Below, in pieces: positions 7,184-15,384 of a stretch of DNA of 17,497 nt; the first letter of the stretch is position 1; each line of letters starts with the position of its first letter. The DNA comes from a virus, in UHGV virus genome UHGV-0117027, one strand, 5' to 3'. Position numbers and translations under genes: made by a program. Under the pieces are notes generated by a model. That model worked only from the letters and a program-made list of their open reading frames with translations. It searched no databases and was not told the origin of the DNA.

Positions 7184-7432
7184 CTATAAGTTATCACGCA
7201 GATAATTAACGCCCTTATCAGTGACGAATGAATGGTTAACCTGGTTTTCATCCGTCATGATGATAAATAACTTTTCCTGTAGGTATTTAGCTTTCGGGTA
7301 CAGCGTTAAACAGACCTGGTACAGTATCCCGCGCTCAATCAGCAAATCAATAAATTCGTGTTCATGATAACCAACGAGGCGGGCGGCCTGTTTCAGCGTG
7401 TACACATAATCGCCGTGATTGCGCCGCCCCAT
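7184..7432 (-). CDS. small protein (82 aa) with helix-turn-helix-like segment, putative DNA-binding
   Basis: Start at 7432 overlaps an AGGGGG SD placed on the upstream gene stop; segment TLKQAARLVGYHEHEFIDLLIERGIL resembles an HTH. Family not identified. Confidence 0.55.
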   Translation of the reverse strand: MGRRNHGDYVYTLKQAARLVGYHEHEFIDLLIERGILYQVCLTLYPKAKYLQEKLFIIMTDENQVNHSFVTDKGVNYLRDNL

Positions 7433-7441
7433 GTATCCCCC

Positions 7442-7789
7442 TTATTTATCGAATGCTGCAAGATTATCCATGCAGAAGTCTTTCGCAGCTTTTTCGTATT
7501 CGCGTTTTGCTTCTGGATCGTCAGCCGGGAAACCTTTTGCGTGTATTTCACCAGGGCAAGACTGATCCATAGAGTCTGCAAAATTAACATTGAAGTTAAC
7601 ATTAATATCTTTCGGGTTCATATCTTCCACCTCATCAACTATCTGTACCGGATTAGCAGCATATTTCACTGGATGGCCTAAACTACATTCAAGAATCCTG
7701 CCTTCTTCCAGGGCTACTTCTTCGCTATCAAATAATCCGAAACACTCCTTGCTACCACTTAACCACACATCAAGACTGTATTTTTTCAT
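7442..7789 (-). CDS. acidic protein (115 aa), unknown function
   Basis: Internal ATG at 7789 (MKKYSLDVWLSGSKE...) with GAGG SD, preferred over the longer 149-aa track ORF whose 5' part overlaps the upstream gene in another frame. Confidence 0.55.
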   Translation of the reverse strand: MKKYSLDVWLSGSKECFGLFDSEEVALEEGRILECSLGHPVKYAANPVQIVDEVEDMNPKDINVNFNVNFADSMDQSCPGEIHAKGFPADDPEAKREYEKAAKDFCMDNLAAFDK

Positions 7790-7958
7790 TTTTGTTAGCC
7801 TCATATTTGACAGGTTCGATCTGGTATCCCAAAAGGCGGTCATCCTCAGCAAGTAAAAGCGCGTCAACCAATGCTTCCCCCTCGTCGTCATACAGGGCGA
7901 TAACCTTTTCCCTACCGTCTGTCATGAATACCGTCAACTTCCATGGCTTTTCAGTCAT
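7770..7958 (-). CDS. small acidic protein (62 aa; alternative in-frame start at 7976 gives 68 aa)
   Basis: ATG 7958 with GGAGG SD (6-nt spacer); the in-frame ATG at 7976 also has an AAGGGGAAG SD and lies inside the conserved ACAAAATGG element. Overlaps the next gene by 20 nt. Confidence 0.5.
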   Translation of the reverse strand: MTEKPWKLTVFMTDGREKVIALYDDEGEALVDALLLAEDDRLLGYQIEPVKYEANKNEKIQS

Positions 7959-7971
7959 AACGCACCTCCGC

Positions 7972-7986
7972 GCCATTTTGTTAACT
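7972..7986. promoter_or_regulatory. conserved intergenic element GCCATTTTGTTAACT
   Basis: Near-identical to 6376-6390; a related CCATTTTGG lies at 8035-8043 and an oppositely oriented ATCACAAAATG at 8064-8074. Confidence 0.45.
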
Positions 7987-8063
7987 TCCCCTTCGTTTGA
8001 GTAAAATATACATATTGTAAAAACCATGAACAATCCATTTTGGTGTGATTTAGCGTGACGCAT

Positions 8064-8074
8064 ATCACAAAATG
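8064..8074 (+). promoter_or_regulatory. ATCACAAAATG element 24 nt upstream of the L start
   Basis: Same core as ATCACAAAAGTGG (3190-3202, 23 nt before the tape-measure ATG) and ATCACAAAATGG (15373-15384, before the tail-fibre gene). Confidence 0.45.
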
Positions 8075-8087
8075 ACAAGGTGAGAAA

Positions 8088-8792
8088 ATGCGCAATATTC
8101 CGAGAGAGATGATTATTGATTCCGTCGATGCCGGAGTTGGCGCGGTCATTGACTTATTTGAACTGGACCTTACTCCCCTGGGAGGCGAGGTTATCCGCTT
8201 CCATTCCGGCGCGAACGGCTATTACGGCCAGGTTATCTGGAAGGGAGTAGCTTACAACAGCTACCCGATCGAGACGACGGGCTTCGAAATGAAAAACGAG
8301 GGCGTTTATTCGCGGCCTCAAATGGTTGTAGCCAATATCGGCGGGCTAATCACAGGGATGAATAACGATTTCAACGACCTGCGAGGAATGAAGGTTACGC
8401 GCCGCCAGGTGGAGGTTAAATACCTGGACGCCGTTAACTTCCCTAACGGCAATCCAGACGCAGATCCATCTATTGAGGCTGTATCTTTTTACGTCGTTGA
8501 AGCAATGAGCGAAGAAACAGCGGATCAGGTGCAATATGAATTGTCAACGCCAATTGATGCAGATAAAGCCGTTATCCCAGGGCGCACCATCCTTGCTGAC
8601 GTTTGTCAGTGGCAATACAGAGGCGACGGGTGCATGTATTCTGGCGGCCCGGTCGCAACTGATAAAGATACACCAACAAGTGACCCAACGTTAGACAAAT
8701 GCAGCCACCGCCTTAGCGGTTGCCGTTTGCGTTTTCCGCGTCCGGCAGCACTGCCGATCTCCTGTTTTCCTGGTTCCAGCAAGGTAGGTTAA
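8088..8792 (+). CDS. L: minor tail protein L homologue
   Basis: 234 aa; segments ...RRQVEVKYLDAVNFPNGNPDADP..., ...PGRTILADVCQWQYRGDGCMYSGGPVATD...DKCS..LSGC closely parallel lambda gpL as recalled, including four C-terminal cysteines (lambda L binds an Fe-S cluster). Confidence 0.9.
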   Translation: MRNIPREMIIDSVDAGVGAVIDLFELDLTPLGGEVIRFHSGANGYYGQVIWKGVAYNSYPIETTGFEMKNEGVYSRPQMVVANIGGLITGMNNDFNDLRGMKVTRRQVEVKYLDAVNFPNGNPDADPSIEAVSFYVVEAMSEETADQVQYELSTPIDADKAVIPGRTILADVCQWQYRGDGCMYSGGPVATDKDTPTSDPTLDKCSHRLSGCRLRFPRPAALPISCFPGSSKVG

Positions 8793-8794
8793 TC

Positions 8795-9526
8795 ATGGGG
8801 ATGGAAGACAAAATGTCGCGTTATGCCGCCGCGCATCCGTTTGAGGAAGTTTGCGGACTTGTAATAGATAACGAGTATTTTTACCCGTGCGCTAACGTGT
8901 CTGAAACACCTTACAACAGCTTCAAGATTTCGCCGGACGATTACATCAAAGCGGACGAATTGGGCGTTATAACCGCCGTTTTCCACTCCCACGTTGATGA
9001 TATTTCGGTATTGTCTGCGCGGGATCGACAACAGCAGGTTATTTCCGGTCTGCCGTGGTTTTTATATTCCGGCGGCAAGATAAGAAAATTTCGCCCGGTG
9101 GCGCACCTGCTAGGCCGTAAGTTTGTGCACGGGGTAACTGACTGCTACGCGCTTTTCCGTGACGCCTATCACCTTTGTGGTGTAGACCTGCCGGACTTCG
9201 AGCGCCTTGATGGCTGGTGGCTGCGCGGTGAAAACCTGTATTTAAAAAACTTGCCGCAAAACGGGTTTTATCAGGTTGATGCGCAAAGCATCCAGCCAGG
9301 TGACGTAATCATCAGACAGCCGTTTAAAGGTGCGGATCCATGCCACGCAATGATTTACCTGGGTGATAACACGGTTTTGCATCATGACCATGCCGGACTA
9401 TTAAGCCGCCGCGAGCAAATGCGGCCTGCTTATGTTCGACAAACGCATTCAATATGGAGATCTGATAAATGCTCAAATTTAGATTTACGGGCAATCTTCG
9501 AAGATATTACAGCAAAGTGTGTTTAA
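8795..9526 (+). CDS. K: tail assembly protein K homologue (JAB/MPN plus NlpC/P60 domains)
   Basis: 243 aa from ATG 8795 (SD AGGTAGG, 3 nt after the L stop). JAB/MPN-like motif AVFHSHVDD and NlpC/P60 motif HGVTDCYALFRDAYHLCG match lambda K (HGVTDCYTLFRDAYHLAG) as recalled. Confidence 0.9.
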   Translation: MGMEDKMSRYAAAHPFEEVCGLVIDNEYFYPCANVSETPYNSFKISPDDYIKADELGVITAVFHSHVDDISVLSARDRQQQVISGLPWFLYSGGKIRKFRPVAHLLGRKFVHGVTDCYALFRDAYHLCGVDLPDFERLDGWWLRGENLYLKNLPQNGFYQVDAQSIQPGDVIIRQPFKGADPCHAMIYLGDNTVLHHDHAGLLSRREQMRPAYVRQTHSIWRSDKCSNLDLRAIFEDITAKCV

Positions 9527-9999
9527 ACGTTGAAACGCCAGCGCAAGGGCTTCGCTTATTGACCGCGCAGAATCAGGAATTCAAGAAGGCGTTTTTAAAT
9601 ACTCCTTTGCGCTTACGAATTGCCGGGAAAGATTACGACGAAAAGACCGCGCCAGCGGCGGTTAATAGCAAATATCCAGATGGAACTACAGTAATTATTG
9701 CGCCAATAGTGGAAGGTGGTATAGCAGGGATCGGCGTTGTCGGCTGGATTATGATTGGAATATCAGTTGTTAGTGTCGCTTTTTCTATTTTTATGTCTCG
9801 CAACATGAAGGTAAAAACATCATCAGAAAGCGCACAGGACAATACCATCACAAATAACACTTATACCAGCGTAGAAAACAAGGTAGGACAGGGTAGACCA
9901 GTGCCTATTCTACTTGGCGAAATGAAAGTAGGTTCAAACGTCGGATCGTTAGGCATAGACACAACCAACAATAAAGACGCTTTAGACGTTGTAAGTTAA
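9469..9999 (+). CDS. I: tail assembly protein I homologue
   Basis: 176 aa; start overlaps the 3' end of K by 58 nt with GGAG SD; hydrophobic central segment and C-terminal QGRPVPILLGEMKVGSNVGS matching lambda gpI (QGNVLPVLYGEMRVGSRVVS) as recalled. Confidence 0.85.
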   Translation: MLKFRFTGNLRRYYSKVCLNVETPAQGLRLLTAQNQEFKKAFLNTPLRLRIAGKDYDEKTAPAAVNSKYPDGTTVIIAPIVEGGIAGIGVVGWIMIGISVVSVAFSIFMSRNMKVKTSSESAQDNTITNNTYTSVENKVGQGRPVPILLGEMKVGSNVGSLGIDTTNNKDALDVVS

Positions 10000-10013
10000 C
10001 AGGAGAATTAACC

Positions 10014-13000
10014 ATGAGTAGCGGCGGCGGCAAAGCAAAAACACCAACATTAATAAATGATAACCTTTATCACAAACAGTTTTATCGTGTGCTGGATATT
10101 ATTTCGGAAGGCCCGATTTATGGCCCTGTCAATACCAGTGCGCCATTAAATAGCGTAATGCTTAATGACACGCCTGTAACTGACGCGAACGGTAATACCA
10201 GCATCCCAGGCGTTAGCGTGGCGTGGCGTAATGGTACGTTAGATCAATCACCGATTAACGGTTTTAATGCCATCGAATCCACGGTAATGGTTAACGCACA
10301 GGTGAAACACGACACGCCGCTGGTAAGGACCGTATCAGATCCGAACGTGACGCGAGTCCGGTTAAATATTGGTGTGGATTCACTGGTGGAAAGCGATAGC
10401 CAATCAAACCAGAAAGAAACATCTGTCATTATGGCGATCGACGTTAAACCGTCCTCATCCTCAACATGGTCGTCTATTAAGGCCGTGCAAATAGGTCCAG
10501 GTAAAATCAGCGGAGAATACCTTGAAGCGCATATTATTGATGCGCCAGATGAAAAGCCGTTTGATATTCGCGTTCGCCGCGTAACCGCTGATAGCACAGG
10601 TGATCTATTGCAGAATGATACGCGGTGGAGTAGCTACAGCGAAATAATCGACGATAATTTGTCTTATCCTCACACTGCTGTAGCAGGCGCGGTAATTGAT
10701 CACGATCAGTATACTGACACACCTACACGCACTTATCACCTGCGTGGGCTTATTGTTGACGTGCCTGATAACTACGACCCGGAAACGCGCACTTATTCCG
10801 GTTTATGGCTTGGCGGCTTTAAACAGGCTTACACTAATAACCCTGCGTGGATCTTTCGTTACCTGGTTAAAAACGAGCGTTTCGGCCTTGCCCGCCATGC
10901 TGGTTATATCGACGTTGACGACGGCGCATTATACACACTTTCCCAATACTGCGACCAGTTGGTCGATGATGGTTACGGTGGCCTTGAGCCTCGCGTGACG
11001 CTTAATGCGTACATAACAGAGCAAATGAGCGCCCGCGATTTGCTGGACAATATCGCCGGGATGTTCCGTGGCATCGCGTTATGGGACGGGCAACGTCTTA
11101 CCGTAATGATTGATGCACCGCAAGATCCAATCGCCACCATTACGAATGCAAACGTCGTTGATGGCGCGTTCACTCGTTCGAGTATCGCCCGTGCGGAATG
11201 CTACAACGCCGTGATCGTATCCTGGACTGACCCGGAAAACGGGTGGGAGCAGTCAAAAGAGTATGTAGCAGATGATGAGCTAATCGCCCGCGATGGTTAC
11301 AACGAAACCACGATGGAGGCGTTCGGCTGTACGTCACGCGGGCAAGCGTACCGCGCGGGCAAATGGCTGATAGAAACAGCAAAACGCGAGCCGTCAAAAT
11401 TCACGTTTAAAATGGCACGTGACGCGATTCACTTTACGCCAGGGGATATAGTCGAAATCCTCGACAATAACCGCGCAGGTGCGCGTTTAGGTGGGCGTAT
11501 CGTGGCGAACAATGGAAACGTGATAACGGTCGATAAGGTTGACAGCGACTATATCACAGCAGGCGACACCATCAGCTTACTCGACAGCGACGGCAAATTT
11601 AAAAAACATCAGATTACTGGTGTAAACGGAAACGAAATCACACTAGCGGCGGCCCCGGCATGGATTCGGAACGGTACTGTATTTGCTGTATCCACCGAAG
11701 CGGAAAAACCCGTTTTATGCCGGATCACCAGTGTAGCCGAAACCGAAAATAATAGCGTGTATACCATCGAAGCAGCGCAACATGACCCGAACAAACAAGC
11801 GGTAGTCGATGAAGGCGCGATATTTGAAATCAACAACGACACGCTTAATCACTTCCGTGTCCCGAACATTGAAAACCTGAAAGTGGTAAACATCGGATCT
11901 GAAACAGTTCAATGCCGAGCTACATGGGAAACACAGACAACCACGCATCGCATGACATTCGAGATCCGCATATACAATACTGATGGTGCGGTGGTTAAAA
12001 GCTACGAAACAACGAAATACAGTTATGATTTTTATGGTATTGACGCTGGCGCGTATTCGTTAGGCGTTCGCGGAAGAAACGATACTGGCATGAAAGGCGC
12101 TGAAAGCATTGTTGATCTTGTTATTGGTGCTCCAGCCGCGCCAGTTGGCGTAAATTGGGTTCCAGGCGTATTTCAGGCGACCGTGTACCCGATAAGCAAA
12201 ACCACGCTTACTACCGATACGTCATATGAATTCTACTATGCAGGGGAAAATCAGATCACAGATCCGGCAAAAATAACCACGTCGGCACAGTTTACCGGGC
12301 GCGGGTATCAGTGGACGTTCGGCGGCATGAATACGGGCCATACTTATTACGTTTATGTGCGCACTCGTAATGCTTTTGGTGTGTCTGATTTCGTCGAGGC
12401 ATCAGGTAAGCCAACAGAGGATTTTGACGAAATCACTGATTACGTTACAAAGGATGTAATGGAATCAGAGCAATTCAAGGAGATGATTAGCGACATTAAA
12501 GATCTTGGTGAGCGCACTGATATTGTAGAAGGAGCTACCGAAGACCTTAAAATAGCTACAGAGGATCTTAAAGCTGACACAGATACACTTAAAAAAGACA
12601 CCGAAGACCTTTATAAAAAAGTCGAAGAAAACGCCGATGAAATAGGCAAACATGAGGTAAGAATAGACTCATTAGAGGTATCAAACGAAAACGTTAACAA
12701 CGAACTGGCACAGGCAAAAGCAAGTTTACAAAACGCTTCGCTTGCTCTGATCAATAACTCGCTTGCTCAAACTAACACGCGGGTTACTCTTACCGCTCAA
12801 TATAAGAAAGGTCGCAACGAAACAAAGGCACAGATTGACCGCATCGACAACGTTATCGCAGAGGAGAAAAAAGCGACAGCGGAATCACTGGAAACCATCA
12901 CAGCCGAAATAAATACGATAGACTCAAACATCAAAGGAGAAATAGCCCGCGTAGACAAAGCAATCGCAACCGAAACGCAGGCGAGAACGGAAGCTATAAG

Positions 13001-14066
13001 CAACGTTAACGCCAGTATCAGCAGCCTGGAAAACAAAACTGATGCGAGCGTTTCTCGTCTCGATCAAGCTATCGCTGACGAATCAAGCGCCCGCGCTCAG
13101 GCAATATCAGGAATCAGTGCGGAGCTTGGTCTTGTTGAAAATGAGGTTGATAAAAACAGCAACGAAATAGATCAGGCAAAAGCAAGTCTGCAAAACGCCT
13201 CGATTGCACTTATCAACAACTCAATAGCGCAAAGCAAGATGAGCACCGTTATTGAGGCGAAGTACAGGAAAGGCCAGACAAAAACAAAAGCGGAAATAGC
13301 AAGGATCGACACAGCAATAGCAGACGAAACCCAGGCCCGCGCGGAGGCTATAGCATCACTTGAAGCCAATATTAATGAAAACATTTCAGCAAAAATAACA
13401 GATATATCAACGGCGCTCGCAACTCACGAGGCATCAAGTGCTGAAAAATTTGTTCAAATATCGGCATCTTTCGACGATGTAAACTCAAGTATCACGGAAT
13501 GGTCACAGGCCATGACAACGACTGACGAGGCATTATCAACCAAAATTGACCAGTTAAAAGTAACTATTGACGGGAACACAACAGCCATAGAGACGACATC
13601 GAAAGCGTTAACGGACTTTAAGGGGAATGTCGATGCATCATACTCTATTAAGATCGCGACAGACAGCAGAGGCGTTAAATATGCTACCGGCATGTCGCTC
13701 GGCCTTACTGGTAGCGGGACTAATGTCCAATCGCAGTGTATTTTCCTCGTTGATCGCTTCGTGTTAATGACCGCCGCAAACGGCACATATACAACGCCTT
13801 TCTATGTCACTGGCGGCGCAATGTATGTACGTGAAGCGTTTATTAAGGACGCATCAATCACTAACGCGAAAATAGGTTCTTACATCCAATCAAATAACTA
13901 TGTTTCCGGCAGCACAGGCTGGAAACTTGATAAATCCGGTACATTCGAAAACTACGGATCAGTAAGCGGTGAAGGAGCAATGAAATGGACGAACACAACT
14001 ATCTCAGTAAAAGATGGTAATGGCGTGTTACGCGTCCAGATTGGGCGAATTACCGGATCATGGTAG
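10014..14066 (+). CDS. J: host specificity / central tail fibre protein J homologue with extended coiled-coil stalk
   Basis: 1350-aa ORF directly after I with AGGAG SD; large N-terminal tail-tip region, a heptad-rich repetitive stalk (about aa 800-1200) and a beta-rich C-terminal domain; position and size match lambda J. Confidence 0.9.
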   Translation: MSSGGGKAKTPTLINDNLYHKQFYRVLDIISEGPIYGPVNTSAPLNSVMLNDTPVTDANGNTSIPGVSVAWRNGTLDQSPINGFNAIESTVMVNAQVKHDTPLVRTVSDPNVTRVRLNIGVDSLVESDSQSNQKETSVIMAIDVKPSSSSTWSSIKAVQIGPGKISGEYLEAHIIDAPDEKPFDIRVRRVTADSTGDLLQNDTRWSSYSEIIDDNLSYPHTAVAGAVIDHDQYTDTPTRTYHLRGLIVDVPDNYDPETRTYSGLWLGGFKQAYTNNPAWIFRYLVKNERFGLARHAGYIDVDDGALYTLSQYCDQLVDDGYGGLEPRVTLNAYITEQMSARDLLDNIAGMFRGIALWDGQRLTVMIDAPQDPIATITNANVVDGAFTRSSIARAECYNAVIVSWTDPENGWEQSKEYVADDELIARDGYNETTMEAFGCTSRGQAYRAGKWLIETAKREPSKFTFKMARDAIHFTPGDIVEILDNNRAGARLGGRIVANNGNVITVDKVDSDYITAGDTISLLDSDGKFKKHQITGVNGNEITLAAAPAWIRNGTVFAVSTEAEKPVLCRITSVAETENNSVYTIEAAQHDPNKQAVVDEGAIFEINNDTLNHFRVPNIENLKVVNIGSETVQCRATWETQTTTHRMTFEIRIYNTDGAVVKSYETTKYSYDFYGIDAGAYSLGVRGRNDTGMKGAESIVDLVIGAPAAPVGVNWVPGVFQATVYPISKTTLTTDTSYEFYYAGENQITDPAKITTSAQFTGRGYQWTFGGMNTGHTYYVYVRTRNAFGVSDFVEASGKPTEDFDEITDYVTKDVMESEQFKEMISDIKDLGERTDIVEGATEDLKIATEDLKADTDTLKKDTEDLYKKVEENADEIGKHEVRIDSLEVSNENVNNELAQAKASLQNASLALINNSLAQTNTRVTLTAQYKKGRNETKAQIDRIDNVIAEEKKATAESLETITAEINTIDSNIKGEIARVDKAIATETQARTEAISNVNASISSLENKTDASVSRLDQAIADESSARAQAISGISAELGLVENEVDKNSNEIDQAKASLQNASIALINNSIAQSKMSTVIEAKYRKGQTKTKAEIARIDTAIADETQARAEAIASLEANINENISAKITDISTALATHEASSAEKFVQISASFDDVNSSITEWSQAMTTTDEALSTKIDQLKVTIDGNTTAIETTSKALTDFKGNVDASYSIKIATDSRGVKYATGMSLGLTGSGTNVQSQCIFLVDRFVLMTAANGTYTTPFYVTGGAMYVREAFIKDASITNAKIGSYIQSNNYVSGSTGWKLDKSGTFENYGSVSGEGAMKWTNTTISVKDGNGVLRVQIGRITGSW
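12711..13634 (+). repeat. in-frame tandem duplication (period 462 nt = 154 codons) inside J
   Basis: CAGGCAAAAGCAAGT...CAAAACGC at 12711 recurs at 13173; protein QAKASLQNASLALINNSLAQ versus QAKASLQNASIALINNSIAQ; shorter R[IVL]D-x-[AV]IA-x-E..AR.EAI units occur at least four times. Confidence 0.6.
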
Positions 14067-14072
14067 AATTAA

Positions 14073-14102
14073 GAGGCCGACTTGTTCGGCCTCAGTTTTA
14101 TT
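14073..14102 (+). terminator. rho-independent terminator / attenuator after J
   Basis: GAGGCCG (14073-14079), loop ACTTGTT, CGGCCTC (14087-14093), then AGTTTTATT; the SD of the next gene (GGAGG 14105-14109) follows immediately. Confidence 0.6.
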
Positions 14103-14116
14103 ATGGAGGTGTAACT

Positions 14117-14428
14117 ATGGATACTTTCGGCGTGGCAACATGGGACGCCAACGGCAACGCTAATAACTACGGCATCAAGCCATCCGTCGTGGTTGGCTAT
14201 ATTTCCTTGTCTTCCGGGCAAGTGTCAGGCACATATAATTTTACCGTTCCTACAGGATGTAAATTATCTTATGCCATGACGCTTGATTATGGCACAACAT
14301 CATCAACGCGTAGAAAGATCAGTATTTCCGGCGGTACTGTTTCCATTTCCTCAGCAGGGGATACGGTGGGCGCTAATATATGGCCCGCATCGCAATGTGA
14401 ACTGGTTATTTTTACGGAGAACGCATAA
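14117..14428 (+). CDS. small beta-rich protein (103 aa), tail-associated, unknown function
   Basis: ATG 14117 with GGAGG SD (7-nt spacer); stop TAA abuts the next ATG (TAAATG); N-terminus MDTFGVATWDANGNANN resembles that of the following gene. Confidence 0.55.
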   Translation: MDTFGVATWDANGNANNYGIKPSVVVGYISLSSGQVSGTYNFTVPTGCKLSYAMTLDYGTTSSTRRKISISGGTVSISSAGDTVGANIWPASQCELVIFTENA

Positions 14429-15028
14429 ATGGCTACTTTCGGCGCTTATTTACGTTTAAGTAATGGCAATATTTTCGTAACTCCAGATTCGACACCTATG
14501 TGCCTTTATTCACGGGTTGCTCTCAATTCAAGCCAACAGCAAACAATAGCCGTCCCCAATGGGAAGCCTGTAATGGTATTCATAAAAAACACAGACGATA
14601 CCGCTACTGGTGTAGCCTATCGCAATTCATCGTCTACCATAGTGATTCCACCAGGAAACGGTTACGCGTATATATTCAGTATCTTCCCGCAATCGCGTCC
14701 GAAGTGGGGTATGGCTATATGGAACGCTTCCGGTGAACTGGTATTGACAAACGAATCAAGAATATTGACAGACATTGTTACGGTGGGGACAGCCGGATCA
14801 AGTGGTGGAATTTATATCGACCAGACATTATCAGGATCTTATGCGGTAGTGCCTCAGATATTAGGGGCCGTTGTAGGTATGGGTTCTGCGACAATATATA
14901 CAGAGGCATACTACAACGGCAGCACTACACGAATTCGCGGGAAGATGGTTGGTAGCTTGCAACAGATTTACGGTTACATTAATCACGGGAACGCTATCAC
15001 CGCCATTAAAACCGACGCCTATGATTAA
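14429..15028 (+). CDS. beta-rich protein (199 aa), paralogue-like partner of the upstream gene, unknown function
   Basis: Translationally coupled to the upstream gene; N-terminus MATFGAYLRLSNGN...; Ser/Thr/Gly/Asn-rich like fibre or adhesin domains. Confidence 0.6.
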   Translation: MATFGAYLRLSNGNIFVTPDSTPMCLYSRVALNSSQQQTIAVPNGKPVMVFIKNTDDTATGVAYRNSSSTIVIPPGNGYAYIFSIFPQSRPKWGMAIWNASGELVLTNESRILTDIVTVGTAGSSGGIYIDQTLSGSYAVVPQILGAVVGMGSATIYTEAYYNGSTTRIRGKMVGSLQQIYGYINHGNAITAIKTDAYD

Positions 15029-15264
15029 TTCAGTTCCGGGCAATCCGTTTTCTTGAAGTGGTCAACGCTTACCCATTGGAAGTTAAACGGATACCCGGCC
15101 TTAACCATTTTATGACCGCCAACATCCGCGACACCGAAGACTGCAACCGCATATTCATTACCGCCAGCCTGATAAATTGCCGTGCATTCACGTTTCGGCA
15201 TATCAGCACAACCAACCATACCAGCGACCATTGCAGCTATAGCGATATTTTTAAAGCCTTTCAT
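15025..15264 (-). CDS. small lipoprotein (79-aa precursor), candidate Cor/Llp-type superinfection exclusion protein
   Basis: ATG at 15264 with GGAGGA SD (7-nt spacer), preferred over the far-upstream track start at 15408; MKGFKNIAIAAMVAGMVG-C: signal peptide plus lipobox-like Cys, mature part about 60 aa with two more Cys. Divergent from the tail-fibre gene. Confidence 0.6.
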   Translation of the reverse strand: MKGFKNIAIAAMVAGMVGCADMPKRECTAIYQAGGNEYAVAVFGVADVGGHKMVKAGYPFNFQWVSVDHFKKTDCPELN

Positions 15265-15341
15265 TGTCTTATCCTCCATTGTTCCGTCGGTTGTAGTATC
15301 CATAAACATCGTTTTCTCAACATTGATATAAATCAATAAAT

Positions 15342-15384
15342 ACATTTTGTATAGGTCAGGAATGTAACACAGATCACAAAATGG
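15342..15384 (+). promoter_or_regulatory. conserved bipartite element upstream of the tail-fibre gene
   Basis: ACATTTTGTATA (15342-15353), 13 bp, ACACAGATCACAAAA (15367-15381) then TGG; exact copies of the two blocks at 3164-3175 and 3184-3198. Confidence 0.5.

Noticed and set aside
7358-8004. Plus-strand ORFs 7358-7681, 7590-7856 and 7792-8004
   Set aside because: All antisense to the coupled minus-strand cassette genes, which have SDs and overlapping starts and stops; no RBSs on the plus strand.
7977-8078. Upstream extension of the 62-aa ORF to 8078 (102 aa)
   Set aside because: No RBS at 8078 and the extension runs through the conserved intergenic elements; ATG 7958 or 7976 both have SDs.
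3136-15384. CRISPR array as an explanation for the recurring short repeats
   Set aside because: Copies are few, in different orientations, irregularly spaced and kilobases apart; there are no regular repeat-spacer units and no cas genes.
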